From positions 12,442-76,441 of the forward strand of contig JAFYSC010000049.1 in NCBI GenBank assembly GCA_017546635.1: a stretch of 64,000 nt of DNA, read 5' to 3'. The notes under the pieces were generated by a model, which saw only the letters and a program-made list of their open reading frames with translations, was not told where the DNA came from and ran no database searches. Every line of letters starts with the position of its first letter. Within the stretch, counting starts at the first letter, position 1. Shown one piece after another: positions 1-9,804 of the stretch. This stretch comes from Bacteroidaceae bacterium (GTDB lineage: Bacteria > Bacteroidota > Bacteroidia > Bacteroidales > Bacteroidaceae). A program made the position numbers and the translations under genes.

Positions 1-1
1 A

Positions 2-556
2 CTGCCCAAGCTCCTTGCCGACAAGTACTTCTGCAACTTCTCGCTCTTCCAGAGCCTTCCCGACAGTTGGGGTATAGACCAGTTCTTCCCCATTATGCCC
101 ATACACCGTCTGGGAGAGCGCCCCGACCGCAGCTGTACCATACAGGATATGACCTGCGACAGCGACGGCAAGATTACCGACTTCATACACTACAGCAGCA
201 AAGCCGATACACTGCAGGTACACAAGGTAAAATCGAACGAATCGTACTATCTGGGAGTATTCCTTGTTGGAGCCTACCAGGAGATTCTCGGAGATATGCA
301 CAACCTCTTCGGCGACACAAATGCAGTGCACATAAGCGTAGACGAGAAGGGATACCACATTGAGAAGATTATCGACGGTGAGGCTGTTGCCGACGTGCTC
401 GACTACGTACAATACGACGCACGCAAGCTCGTCCGCACTGTTGAGCGTTGGGTGACAGGCGCTGTAAAGGAGGGCCGAATAAGCCTCGACGAAGGAAAGG
501 AATTCCTCTCGAACTACCGTTCGGGACTATACGGATACACATATCTCGACTATTGA
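2..556 (+). CDS. speA: biosynthetic arginine decarboxylase, C-terminal part (5' end lies outside the window)
   Basis: The frame is open from the window edge. The translation (FSLFQSLPDSWGIDQFFPIMPIHRL...MTCDSDGKI...YYLGVFLVGAYQEILGDMHNLFGD) matches conserved SpeA C-terminal blocks. The TGA stop at 554-556 overlaps the argB ATG (ATGA). Confidence 0.9.
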   Translation: MPKLLADKYFCNFSLFQSLPDSWGIDQFFPIMPIHRLGERPDRSCTIQDMTCDSDGKITDFIHYSSKADTLQVHKVKSNESYYLGVFLVGAYQEILGDMHNLFGDTNAVHISVDEKGYHIEKIIDGEAVADVLDYVQYDARKLVRTVERWVTGAVKEGRISLDEGKEFLSNYRSGLYGYTYLDY

Positions 557-1329
557 TGAAACAGAAAATCACAGTAATAAAGGTAGGCGGCAAGATTGTC
601 GAGGAGAAGGAGAGCCTCGAGAGTCTTCTCGACCGTTTCGCTTCAATCGAAGGCAACAGGATACTCATACACGGTGGCGGACGCTCGGCAACCCGCATAG
701 CCGAGGCGCTGGGCATTGAGAGCCGTATGGTAAACGGCCGCCGCATCACCGACAGCGAGACACTCAAAGTTGTCACAATGGTCTACGGAGGACTCGTGAA
801 CAAGAATATAGTGGCAGGGCTGCAGGCACGCAACGTGAATGCGCTGGGACTGACAGGTGCCGACTGCAACGTAATGCGCGCCCATAAGCGTACGAGCGAA
901 GATATCGACTGGGGCTTTGTGGGCGACGTGGACAGTGCCGACGGAGCAATGCTTGCCAAGCTTATAGGCGAAGGCATTGTACCCATTATGGCACCACTCA
1001 CACACGATGGCAAAGGCAACCTTCTCAACACCAATGCCGACACCATTGCAGCCGAGACAGCAAAGGCCCTAGCCCCCTATTTCGACGTGACGCTCACCTA
1101 CTGCTTCGAGCACCCTGGAGTAATGCGCAACCCCGACGACCCCGCAAGCCTCATAGCCCGCATCGACAGCGGGAGCTACAAGGCACTGCTTGACGACGGC
1201 ACAATAAGCGGAGGTATGATTCCCAAGATTGACAACGCGTTCAATGCCCTCGAAGGCGGAGTGTCGAGGGTGATAATCACACGGGCCGATGCGATAGACG
1301 GCAACTCGGGCACACACATCGTAGCTTGA
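556..1329 (+). CDS. argB: acetylglutamate kinase
   Basis: MKQKITVIKVGGKIVE...ILIHGGGRSATRIAEALGIE...VNGRRITD is typical of the amino-acid kinase family (ArgB). I chose the internal ATG at 556 rather than the track start at 448, which would overlap speA. Confidence 0.9.
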   Translation: MKQKITVIKVGGKIVEEKESLESLLDRFASIEGNRILIHGGGRSATRIAEALGIESRMVNGRRITDSETLKVVTMVYGGLVNKNIVAGLQARNVNALGLTGADCNVMRAHKRTSEDIDWGFVGDVDSADGAMLAKLIGEGIVPIMAPLTHDGKGNLLNTNADTIAAETAKALAPYFDVTLTYCFEHPGVMRNPDDPASLIARIDSGSYKALLDDGTISGGMIPKIDNAFNALEGGVSRVIITRADAIDGNSGTHIVA

Positions 1330-1331
1330 CA

Positions 1332-2036
1332 ATGGAGAAAAGGGAAATATCGCACCCGCTGATAGGGAAGATAATCGTAACCTATAATGAACGTGCACGC
1401 AAGATAATAATGCGTGCACGTTTCGATGCTATATATATAACTGTACCGCCATATACACCCGACAAGGAACTGGAGAGAGTTCTTGCTGAGTATGGCGAAA
1501 GGCTTAAGCGCGACCAGGAGAAAATTCCACAGGAAAGGATAGACTGCAATTTCAGAATAGAGACACAGCACCTGAGGCTTCACCTTGAAAAGACTACGGT
1601 TGCAGGGATAGTGATAAAGGGCAAAAACGGCGTATACACCCTATTTTACGGTCCTGAGACCGACTTTGGATGCAAGGATACACAGCAGACCCTACGCAGG
1701 GGAATAACAGCAGCCGTACAGCACCGCGCAAAGGAGATACTGCCCCAGCGCCTGCAACAGCTATCCGGACAGCACAACCTGCACTGCAAGAGGATAACGG
1801 TGCGCAACACCAGCACACATTGGGGCAGTTGCAGCAGCAGCGGCACAATAAGCCTGAACTTGCACCTCATACTGTTGCCACAGCATCTCATAGACTATGT
1901 AATCCTGCACGAACTGTGCCACACTGTAGAGATGAACCACAGCCCGCGCTTCTGGGCACTGCTCGACGAGCTCTGCGGCACAGACTCCAAGAGACTGCGA
2001 GCAGAACTGAAGTCCTACAAAGGCAATATCCTATAA
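1332..2036 (+). CDS. YgjP/DUF45-type (SprT-like) metal-dependent hydrolase
   Basis: Has the HExxH zinc motif in its usual context (VILHELCHTVEMNHSPRFWALLDE) and the size typical of the family. ATG at 1332; the track start at 1326 is TTG. Confidence 0.8.
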   Translation: MEKREISHPLIGKIIVTYNERARKIIMRARFDAIYITVPPYTPDKELERVLAEYGERLKRDQEKIPQERIDCNFRIETQHLRLHLEKTTVAGIVIKGKNGVYTLFYGPETDFGCKDTQQTLRRGITAAVQHRAKEILPQRLQQLSGQHNLHCKRITVRNTSTHWGSCSSSGTISLNLHLILLPQHLIDYVILHELCHTVEMNHSPRFWALLDELCGTDSKRLRAELKSYKGNIL

Positions 2037-2052
2037 AAGGGTAAAGGGAGAG

Positions 2053-2781
2053 TTATTTGACAGTGAGACGTGCCAGATAATCGTAATGCTCACCGTCGGC
2101 ACAACGTTCACAATTGAAGCCAGCCTCATTGGCATATAGGGAAAGAGTCTCGAAATCGATATACAGCCAATCGAATGAAGCGCCCTTCACCCCTTTGTAA
2201 CGCAACTCAAAATCGACCTCACCATAATATCCTGCAGCAAGGTTCACGGTAAACGAACCGTCCTCCTCCTCAAAAAGATAGCGCAAGTCCGAAGAGTCGA
2301 GCAGCAGTTGTCCTCCGGGAGCAAGCAGACGCTTTGCACAGCGGAAGAACTCGGGCAAGCGCTCCACCTTACCTACAATACCTATTCCGTTCATTGCCAT
2401 AAGTACAGTATCGAACTTCTCGACAAAAGTCTCGTCAAAGAAATTGACTAGAGCGGCATCTACACCCCGCTCACGCATCACCTGCACCGAGAGTTCCGAG
2501 ATATCAATGGCCTTTACGCCCAATCCGCGCTCCATAAGCACCAGCGAATGGCATCCCGAGCCTGCACCAACGTCGAGCACACGTCCGCGGGACAACTCCA
2601 TCATCCGCTGCTCAAGAGGCGGCATCTCCCCGAAAGTACGGAAGAGAGTTGAAACGGGTATCTCATCCTCGTAGAACATAGAGGAGAGCACACGCAGTTT
2701 AGCCGCCTTACCTGTAGAGTGATAATCGGCAATGGCACGTCCCATAGGGTCGCGCTTGGGTTCTATTGTTCTGTTTTCCAT
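2053..2781 (-). CDS. class I SAM-dependent methyltransferase
   Basis: SAM-binding motif I (VLDVGAGSGCHSLVLMERG) followed by an acidic loop (KAIDISE). Confidence 0.8.
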   Translation of the reverse strand: MENRTIEPKRDPMGRAIADYHSTGKAAKLRVLSSMFYEDEIPVSTLFRTFGEMPPLEQRMMELSRGRVLDVGAGSGCHSLVLMERGLGVKAIDISELSVQVMRERGVDAALVNFFDETFVEKFDTVLMAMNGIGIVGKVERLPEFFRCAKRLLAPGGQLLLDSSDLRYLFEEEDGSFTVNLAAGYYGEVDFELRYKGVKGASFDWLYIDFETLSLYANEAGFNCERCADGEHYDYLARLTVK

Positions 2782-2792
2782 TCTGTATATCT

Positions 2793-2825
2793 AAAAAAGG
2801 TGGAAATTACAGTTATTCCACCTTT
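2793..2825 (-). terminator. rho-independent terminator downstream of the GT9 gene
   Basis: 10-bp perfect stem (AAAGGTGGAA 2796-2805 / TTCCACCTTT 2816-2825) with a 10-nt loop. On the minus strand it is followed directly by a T-run (forward A-run 2793-2798). Confidence 0.6.
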
Positions 2826-2846
2826 GTATTTACGCATTGAATCCTA

Positions 2847-3887
2847 TTATTTCAATTTGGCCATTATCCGGTCGACAATATGCTGCGGCTGTATATCCAT
2901 ACAACGGTAATCGCCGAATTTACAAGGCTTGTCGCCAAAAATGGAACAGGGGCGGCAGTCCAACGGCAACTGTATGCAATCCTCCTCTTTCTGTCCCCAG
3001 CCCAAAAAGCCTGCGAGCGGCGATGTTGCTCCCCAAACAGAGAGCACGGGGGTGTTCACGAGCGATGCCACGTGCATATTTGCCGAGTCCATCGACAGCA
3101 TCAGGTCGAGATTGCTTATCAGTCGGAGCTCGCCTGCAAAATTGCTCTTTCCGATAAAGGATATTACATTCTTGAAATCGCGGCACCAGCCGTCGACAAC
3201 AAGAGCCTCCTGCTCTCCATTACCGAAACATATCACCTTGACACCCTGCTGAGAGAGTTTCTCCACAACCTTGCGCATAAGTTCAATGGGATATATCTTG
3301 CCTTTATGACGGGCAAAAGGAGCAATTCCTACCCATTTGTCGGTGCCCTTCACCGGAAGCAATGACGAGAAGTCGTCAATGGCAGCCTTTCCATCAAACA
3401 GCGAGCTGAAATCGACAGTAAACGGCAATCCCAGACGTACAAAGACATCGGCATATCTACTGAATGTAGTCTCTAGCGGTTCCTTGCTCTTTCCCTGTGT
3501 CAAGCGCCACTTCTGTACACGTCCCTTCATAATACGCTCTGTACGTACTCCATCGAGCGCAAAGAACACACGCAGGATTTTGGTACGCAGCACATCGTGC
3601 AGGTCGGCAAAGAGTTCGGGGCTGAACTCTCCATTCAGTTCGCTGTAAAGCCTGCGCAGCCCCATAACACCCTTATACTCGTCGGGATTGACACCCTTGA
3701 AGATAAGATTTTGGGGTTTGTCGATAAAGAGTTGCCCGAAGCGCACACGGCTCACAAAAACAAAGCGGTACTGCGGGCAGCACCTTGCAACAGAATAGAG
3801 CACCGGGATAGTCATTGCCACGTCCCCCACAGCCGAGAAACGCGTCACGACAACCGTAGGCTGGCTGTTATTTTTTTCCACCGCCAT
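2847..3887 (-). CDS. glycosyltransferase family 9 (heptosyltransferase-like)
   Basis: The N-terminus (VVVTRFSAVGDVAMTIPVLYS) and the C-terminal GKSNFAGELRLISNLDLMLSMDSANMHVASL block are typical of the GT9 fold. Confidence 0.8.
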   Translation of the reverse strand: MAVEKNNSQPTVVVTRFSAVGDVAMTIPVLYSVARCCPQYRFVFVSRVRFGQLFIDKPQNLIFKGVNPDEYKGVMGLRRLYSELNGEFSPELFADLHDVLRTKILRVFFALDGVRTERIMKGRVQKWRLTQGKSKEPLETTFSRYADVFVRLGLPFTVDFSSLFDGKAAIDDFSSLLPVKGTDKWVGIAPFARHKGKIYPIELMRKVVEKLSQQGVKVICFGNGEQEALVVDGWCRDFKNVISFIGKSNFAGELRLISNLDLMLSMDSANMHVASLVNTPVLSVWGATSPLAGFLGWGQKEEDCIQLPLDCRPCSIFGDKPCKFGDYRCMDIQPQHIVDRIMAKLK

Positions 3888-4512
3888 ACAATACAGGATT
3901 CAACGAGGGGTCGTTGTACATTTTCATCTGCCGGTACACCTTCATATATTTGCGTCCGGCAGCAATATCGTCGAGCAGCTGGCCGATAGATGTTGTCATA
4001 TCCTTATACTGTTCGTTCAGTATATCGAGCTTCTGCTGACACTTTGCACGGTGCTCCTCACTCACGTCGGTGCGCCCAACCTCCTCTTTCATATGGTATA
4101 TCTTGAGAGAGAGGATTGAGTAACGGTCGACAGCCCACGCTGGGCTCTCGGTATTGATTGTCGCATCCTCATCGGGGGTTACATCCTTGTACAGGTCGAG
4201 GAAATAGCTGTCTATAAGCTCGACAAGGTCCGTACGGTCCTGATTGGACTTGTCAATGCGGCGCTTCAGGACAAGAGCCTCGGCCGGATCAATCTCGGGG
4301 TCGCGTATGATATCCTCGAAATGCCACTGGACAGTATCTATCCAGCACTTCAGGTAGAGGTAATACTCGATACTCTTTACAGGATAGGGATTGTTTATGG
4401 GAGTATCAACATTGTCGGTCTTATGATAATCGGCAATAGCCTCGTTGAATATAGGCCAACTGATCTCGGTAAATGCTTTCATCGTATTATAGAATATAGT
4501 ATTATTCGGCAA
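3868..4512 (-). CDS. hypothetical protein, DUF4254-like (family name from memory)
   Basis: Clean ORF overlapping the GT9 start by 20 nt. It contains the block WHFEDIIRDPEIDP...KRRIDKSNQDRTDLVE, which I associate with the DUF4254 family found next to GT9 genes in Bacteroidota. The start could be the ATG at 4482 instead. Confidence 0.6.
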   Translation of the reverse strand: MPNNTIFYNTMKAFTEISWPIFNEAIADYHKTDNVDTPINNPYPVKSIEYYLYLKCWIDTVQWHFEDIIRDPEIDPAEALVLKRRIDKSNQDRTDLVELIDSYFLDLYKDVTPDEDATINTESPAWAVDRYSILSLKIYHMKEEVGRTDVSEEHRAKCQQKLDILNEQYKDMTTSIGQLLDDIAAGRKYMKVYRQMKMYNDPSLNPVLYGGGKK

Positions 4513-4601
4513 ATCTAATTAAACTTTACGATATTGGCAAAAGTTTAGATAAAAAGTAGCTATATTTACATCGGTTATATACATTAAACAATGAAATCAT
4601 A

Positions 4602-5651
4602 ATGAGAATTGTCGTAGACGAAAAAATCCCATATTTATGCGAGGCCCTTGAACAGATGGGCCATACGGTGGAAGCATTGCCCGGGTGCGCCATAAGCAAC
4701 AGCGACCTGCTGACAGCCGACGCGCTCTTCGTGCGCACACGCACACTCTGCAATGCAGCCCTATTGGACAACACCGCCGTACGCTTCATAGGCACGGCAA
4801 CCATCGGGCACGACCATATCGACAAGGAGTATTGCCGGCAGAAAGGCATTGTGTGGACAAATGCCCCCGGCTGCAACGCCGACGCCGTGCTCCAGTATGT
4901 ACAGTCGGTCATATACTGCTGGGCAAGGAGCAACAGCATAGAGAACCTCCAGGGACTCACACTGGGAATTGTGGGCGTGGGACAGATAGGCTCACGCGTA
5001 GAGCGCTGGGCACGCAAGGCCGGTCTCACAGTCCTGCTCAACGACCCTCCACGTGCAGCACGCGGCGAGGAGGGCTTTGTCGCCCTCGAAAAGATAGCCC
5101 AGGAGTGCGACATCATCACCTTCCACACGACACTCAACAAGAGCGGCGACTACCCGAGCTACCATCTTGCCGGCACCGCATTTATGGACAATCTGCACAA
5201 GTGCAAGCTGCTGATAAACGCCTCTCGCGGCCCTGTCGTCGACAACAGTGCCCTGCTGCAGGCAATCGAGAGCAACAGGACAGCATCTGTCGCGCTCGAC
5301 GTATGGGAGAACGAGCCGCTGCTGAACCCCAAGCTCTTGGAAAAAGCATATATCGCAACCCCGCACATTGCCGGTTACTCGGCCGAGGGAAAAATGAATG
5401 CCAGCCGTATGATGGTCGAGGCATTTGCAGCATTCTGCAATTACAAGGAGGCACTCCCCATTATGAGACTGCCCGCTCCACAGCATAGTGAGATAAGTGC
5501 AGACAGCCTACCCGATGCCCTTCTCGCCATATATAACCCAATGGATGACACCCGGTTACTGAAAACATCGCCTCATAAATTCGAGGAGTTGCGCAACAAT
5601 TACAACCTTAGGCGCGAGCCCTCGGCATACGAGATAAGAACAGAGGAATAG
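4602..5651 (+). CDS. pdxB: 4-phosphoerythronate dehydrogenase
   Basis: MRIVVDEKIPYL N-terminus, a D-2-hydroxyacid dehydrogenase NAD-binding motif (GIVGVGQIGSRV), and a PdxB-type C-terminal dimerisation region. Confidence 0.85.
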   Translation: MRIVVDEKIPYLCEALEQMGHTVEALPGCAISNSDLLTADALFVRTRTLCNAALLDNTAVRFIGTATIGHDHIDKEYCRQKGIVWTNAPGCNADAVLQYVQSVIYCWARSNSIENLQGLTLGIVGVGQIGSRVERWARKAGLTVLLNDPPRAARGEEGFVALEKIAQECDIITFHTTLNKSGDYPSYHLAGTAFMDNLHKCKLLINASRGPVVDNSALLQAIESNRTASVALDVWENEPLLNPKLLEKAYIATPHIAGYSAEGKMNASRMMVEAFAAFCNYKEALPIMRLPAPQHSEISADSLPDALLAIYNPMDDTRLLKTSPHKFEELRNNYNLRREPSAYEIRTEE

Positions 5652-5733
5652 AGGCAAGAAGGCATTAATACAGCACATTTTGCACAAACTACGCAAATTG
5701 TGCAAGGAAAATTCGCATTTTTCGCCGAAATTC

Positions 5734-5764
5734 TTTGCAGTTTCTAATTTTTATAATACTTTTG
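5734..5764 (+). promoter_or_regulatory. Bacteroides-type promoter for acpP-fabF-rnc
   Basis: TTTG at 5734-5737 and TACTTTTG (TAnnTTTG) at 5757-5764, spaced 19 nt apart and about 40 nt upstream of the acpP ATG. Confidence 0.6.
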
Positions 5765-5802
5765 TCGCAGTAAACAATTTATAATTCTTAAAATATACAA
5801 CT

Positions 5803-6045
5803 ATGTCAGAAATTGAAACAAGAGTAAAGCAGATTATCGTTGAGAAGTTCGGAGTTTCTGAGTCACAGGTTACTCCCGAGGCTAGTTTTACAAACGACCT
5901 TAGCGCAGACTCACTTGACAGAGTAGAGCTCATTATGGAAATTGAGGACGAGTTCGGTATCTCAATCCCCGAGGAGCAGGCTGAGAACATCGCAACTGTA
6001 GGCGATGCCATTAAGTTCGTAGAGAAAGCTGTAGCTGAGAAGTAA
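5803..6045 (+). CDS. acpP: acyl carrier protein
   Basis: 80 aa with the phosphopantetheine attachment motif [21 protein letters not shown]. Confidence 0.95.
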   Translation: MSEIETRVKQIIVEKFGVSESQVTPEASFTNDLSADSLDRVELIMEIEDEFGISIPEEQAENIATVGDAIKFVEKAVAEK

Positions 6046-6084
6046 TCAGCTCTCTCATATAATAAATCTAACTATTCTAACTTG

Positions 6085-7344
6085 ATGAAATCCAGAAGAG
6101 TAGTTGTAACAGGTCTTGGTGCTATTTGTCCGGTAGGCAACGACATCCCAACAATTTGGAACAACATTGCCAACGGTATAAGTGGAGCAGGACCTATTAC
6201 TTATTTTGACACCACCCTTTTCAAGACCAAGTTTGCTTGCGAAGTGAAGAACTTCGATTCCAAAGTAAATATGGGTCGCGACGCACGTAAATTCGACTCA
6301 GACACACACTACGGAATAGACTCGGCAATACAGGCCATCAACGACAGCAAGCTCGACTTTGAAAAAGAGGACTGCAACCGCATTGGTGTAGTATTTGGCG
6401 AGGGAATAGGCGGCATACGCTCTCTCGAGGAGGAGCTTGGAACATATTTCCGCAACTTCGAGAAAGGCCCCCGTTTCTCTCCGTTCCTCATCACCAAGAT
6501 GATATCGGACATGACAACCGGCGAGATATCAATCCGCTATGGCCTTAAAGGTCCCAACTATGTTACGACATCGGCTTGTGCGTCATCGTCAAATGCGATT
6601 ATTGACGCATACGACCAGATACGTCTCAACAGGGCCGACGTTATGGTTGCCGGAGGTTCCGAGGCCGCAGTATGCTCATCGTGTGTAGGAGGCTTCAATG
6701 CAATGCACGCGCTATCGACACGCAACGACAGCCCCGAGACTGCATCACGTCCCTTCAGCAAGAGCCGCGACGGTTTTGTCATTGGAGAAGGTGCAGCCTG
6801 CCTTATACTCGAGGAGTATGAGCACGCGGTAGCACGTGGAGCGAAGATATATGCCGAAATCATCGGCGCAGGGCTTACAGCCGATGCCCACCATATGACA
6901 GCCCCCCACCCCGAGGGAGAGGGAGCACTGCGGGTAATGCAGAATGCAATTGAGGAGGCAGATATCAAGCCCGAGGATGTAGACTACATAAACGTTCACG
7001 GAACATCGACATACGCTGGTGACATTGCAGAGACAAAGGCTATAAAGAGACTGTTTGCCGACCACGCATACGAGCTTAACATAAGCTCTACCAAGTCTAT
7101 GACAGGCCACCTGCTTGGTGCAGCCGGAGCCCTTGAAGCGGTGATAACAGTACTTTCGATAGAGAACAGCCTGGTACCTCCTACGATAAACTTCACCGAG
7201 GGTGACGAAGATCCCGAGATTGACTACAACCTCAACTTTACCTTCAACAAGGCACAAGAAAGGAATATAAAGGTTGCATTATCGAATACATTCGGTTTTG
7301 GAGGACACAACACTTGTATAGCATTCAAGAAAATTGAAAATTAA
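6085..7344 (+). CDS. fabF: beta-ketoacyl-ACP synthase II
   Basis: RRVVVTGLG...TTSACASSSNAI (active-site Cys)...HGTST...GHLLGAAG...NTFGFGGHN. ATG at 6085; the track start at 6082 is TTG. Confidence 0.95.
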   Translation: MKSRRVVVTGLGAICPVGNDIPTIWNNIANGISGAGPITYFDTTLFKTKFACEVKNFDSKVNMGRDARKFDSDTHYGIDSAIQAINDSKLDFEKEDCNRIGVVFGEGIGGIRSLEEELGTYFRNFEKGPRFSPFLITKMISDMTTGEISIRYGLKGPNYVTTSACASSSNAIIDAYDQIRLNRADVMVAGGSEAAVCSSCVGGFNAMHALSTRNDSPETASRPFSKSRDGFVIGEGAACLILEEYEHAVARGAKIYAEIIGAGLTADAHHMTAPHPEGEGALRVMQNAIEEADIKPEDVDYINVHGTSTYAGDIAETKAIKRLFADHAYELNISSTKSMTGHLLGAAGALEAVITVLSIENSLVPPTINFTEGDEDPEIDYNLNFTFNKAQERNIKVALSNTFGFGGHNTCIAFKKIEN

Positions 7345-8080
7345 GAAGGATATACAAAAACTGATAGATAGAGTAAGGCTTCTGTTCTACAAAGAAAAGG
7401 AGTCTTACTCTTTATTGTACAATCTTTTAGGATTCATACCCAACGACATTGCCCCCTACAGGACTGCATTTACCCACAGTTCCCAGACATCGGGCAACAA
7501 GAAGAAGTTTGCCTGCAACGAAAGGCTCGAGTTCTTGGGCGACGCCATACTCGGCTCAGTGACAGCCGACTACCTGTACAACAGATTCAAGAAAGAGCGC
7601 GAAGGTTTCCTCTCGAAGTCGCGCAGCAGACTTGTATGCCGCGAGAGCCTGAACGACATCGCCATAAAAATAGGACTCGACAATCTTATAGCCTCATCGG
7701 CAATAGGCAACCAGCACAACAGCTACATATACGGCAATGCATTCGAAGCGCTCATAGGCGCCATATATATTGACAAGGGATATTCACATTGCCATAAATT
7801 CCTGATAGAGAGGGTTTTTCCCACAATACCCAACATCGATGTAATCATAAAGGCCGACACGAACTACAAAAGCCGCCTAATAGAATGGTCGCAGAAGAAA
7901 CGTTGCGAAGTTGTATTCAACCTCGTAGGCGAAGAACAGCGCGACAACAGCTCACACTTCGTCAGCGAAGTCATCATTGACGGTGTATTGTACGGCATCG
8001 GAGAGGGTTTCTCAAAGAGAGAGAGCCAGCAACACGCAGCCGAAGAGGCACTGAAGAAGATAGAGGGAGAGAACTCCTGA
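7334..8080 (+). CDS. rnc: ribonuclease III
   Basis: RNase III signature ERLEFLGDAIL, then NAFEALIGAIYID and a C-terminal dsRBD (SQQHAAEEALKK). There is no in-frame ATG near the N-terminus, so the start appears to be TTG at 7334, overlapping the fabF end by 11 nt. Confidence 0.9.
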   Translation: MKIKKDIQKLIDRVRLLFYKEKESYSLLYNLLGFIPNDIAPYRTAFTHSSQTSGNKKKFACNERLEFLGDAILGSVTADYLYNRFKKEREGFLSKSRSRLVCRESLNDIAIKIGLDNLIASSAIGNQHNSYIYGNAFEALIGAIYIDKGYSHCHKFLIERVFPTIPNIDVIIKADTNYKSRLIEWSQKKRCEVVFNLVGEEQRDNSSHFVSEVIIDGVLYGIGEGFSKRESQQHAAEEALKKIEGENS

Positions 8081-8103
8081 CCCCACCCTACCCCAGAGCG
8101 ACA

Positions 8104-9672
8104 TCACACCTTTTTCAGATGGTCTACATTATAATGCAGTCCACAGCTTTCCTTGCGCTCTATAGCCTGACGCATAATGAGATAGCCCACATTGATTATA
8201 TTTCTCAGCTCACACAGTTCCTTGCTTATAACACTGCGCTTGAACAGTTCCTCGGTCTCTTCGTAAAGAAGGTCGAGGCGGTTCCAGGCACGGCGCAGGC
8301 GAAGGTCGGTACGCACGATACCCACGTATGTGCTCATAATCTGGCACACCTCCTTTGCATCCTGTGATATGAGCACCATCTCCTCGTTCATCTTTGTGCC
8401 TTCGTCGTTCCAGTCGGGTATCTGCTCGTTGTACTCGTAGTTCCCGAACACTTCGAGAGAATGCTTGGCTGCCGCATCGGCATATACCACGGCCTCTATG
8501 AGCGAGTTGCTTGCAAGGCGGTTGCCGCCGTGCAGTCCTGTACACGAGCACTCTCCCACTGCATATAGCCTGTGTATGCTAGACGCGGCATTGAGGTCGA
8601 CCTTTATTCCTCCACACAGATAATGGGCGGCTGGTGCCACGGGAATATAGTCCTTTGTAATGTCAATGCCCAACGAGAGGCATTTCTCGTATATATTGGG
8701 GAAGTGTTTCTTTGTCTCTTCGGGGTCCTTGTGTGTGACGTCGAGGTACACGTGTTCATCGCCGCGGAGCTTCATCTCGTTGTCAATGGCGCGTGCCACA
8801 ATATCGCGCGGTGCAAGCGACAGACGTTCGTCGTATTTATGCATAAACTCCTTGCCGTCCATTGTGCGCAGCACACCGCCGTAGCCGCGCATAGCCTCGG
8901 TGATGAGGAACGAGGGGCGGTCGCCCGGGTTGTAGAGTGCGGTGGGGTGGAACTGTACGAATTCCATATCCTTCACCGTTCCCTTTGCACGATAGACCAT
9001 TGCAATGCCGTCGCCACTGGCTACAAGAGGATTGGTGGTAGTCTTGTACACCGCACCGCAACCACCGGTTGCCATAAGCGTCACTTTGCTAAGGAATGTA
9101 TCCACCCTGTTTGTTGCAATGTCGAGCACATATGCTCCGTAGCACTCTATGTCGGGTGTCTGACGGGTCACGTTTACTCCCAAATGGTGCTGCGTGAGTA
9201 TCTCTATTGCAAAATTTTTGTCGAAAATGTGGATATTGGGATGTTTGCGCACTGCGCGGATGAGCGATTCCTGTATCTCGGCTCCCGTATTGTCGGCGTG
9301 GTGGAGTATGCGGAACTCCGAGTGGCCGCCTTCGCGGTGAAGGTCGAATTCTCCTTTCTCGTTCTTGTCGAACTCCACTCCCCAGTCTATGAGCTGCTGT
9401 ATCTGTGAGGGAGCCTCACGCACCACCTTTTCAACTGCCGCACGGTCGCTTATGTAGTCGCCGGCAATCATCGTATCTTCGATGTGCTTCTCGAAGTTGT
9501 CTACCAGCAGGTTGGTAACCGATGCTATACCTCCTTGTGCAAAATAGGTATTGGCATCCTCAAGTGTCGATTTACATACAAGGGCAACTGTTCCCTTGTG
9601 CGCCACCTTTAGGGCGAAGCTCATTCCGGCAATACCGGAACCGATAACCAAAAAGTCGAATTTCCTGACCAT
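8104..9672 (-). CDS. nadB: L-aspartate oxidase
   Basis: FAD-binding N-terminus (FDFLVIGSGIAGMS), HPTAL and GGLHGGNRLASNSLIE blocks, and a length of about 520 aa. Confidence 0.95.
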   Translation of the reverse strand: MVRKFDFLVIGSGIAGMSFALKVAHKGTVALVCKSTLEDANTYFAQGGIASVTNLLVDNFEKHIEDTMIAGDYISDRAAVEKVVREAPSQIQQLIDWGVEFDKNEKGEFDLHREGGHSEFRILHHADNTGAEIQESLIRAVRKHPNIHIFDKNFAIEILTQHHLGVNVTRQTPDIECYGAYVLDIATNRVDTFLSKVTLMATGGCGAVYKTTTNPLVASGDGIAMVYRAKGTVKDMEFVQFHPTALYNPGDRPSFLITEAMRGYGGVLRTMDGKEFMHKYDERLSLAPRDIVARAIDNEMKLRGDEHVYLDVTHKDPEETKKHFPNIYEKCLSLGIDITKDYIPVAPAAHYLCGGIKVDLNAASSIHRLYAVGECSCTGLHGGNRLASNSLIEAVVYADAAAKHSLEVFGNYEYNEQIPDWNDEGTKMNEEMVLISQDAKEVCQIMSTYVGIVRTDLRLRRAWNRLDLLYEETEELFKRSVISKELCELRNIINVGYLIMRQAIERKESCGLHYNVDHLKKV

Positions 9673-9804
9673 ATAAATGCTCTCTTGCGAGATTTTTTGT
9701 TTATGCGCCGCTAAGTTACAAAAAATGCGAAGAAAAAAACTTTTCGCAGGTTTTTTTCAGCAAAATATCGTTAGTTTTGTGCTGTTTTTGCCCCTTCATA
9801 TACG

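Noticed and set aside
448-555. Upstream extension of argB (track start 448)
   Set aside because: It would overlap the last 36 codons of speA. The canonical ArgB N-terminus MKQKITVIKVGG begins at 556 with an ATGA stop/start overlap.
4685-5488. 267-aa plus-strand ORF in an alternative frame of pdxB
   Set aside because: The product is Arg/Pro/His-rich low-complexity sequence, while the pdxB frame has the NAD-binding GxGxxG motif.
8572-9408. 278-aa plus-strand ORF
   Set aside because: It is antisense to nadB, which has a clear FAD-binding motif and L-aspartate oxidase blocks.
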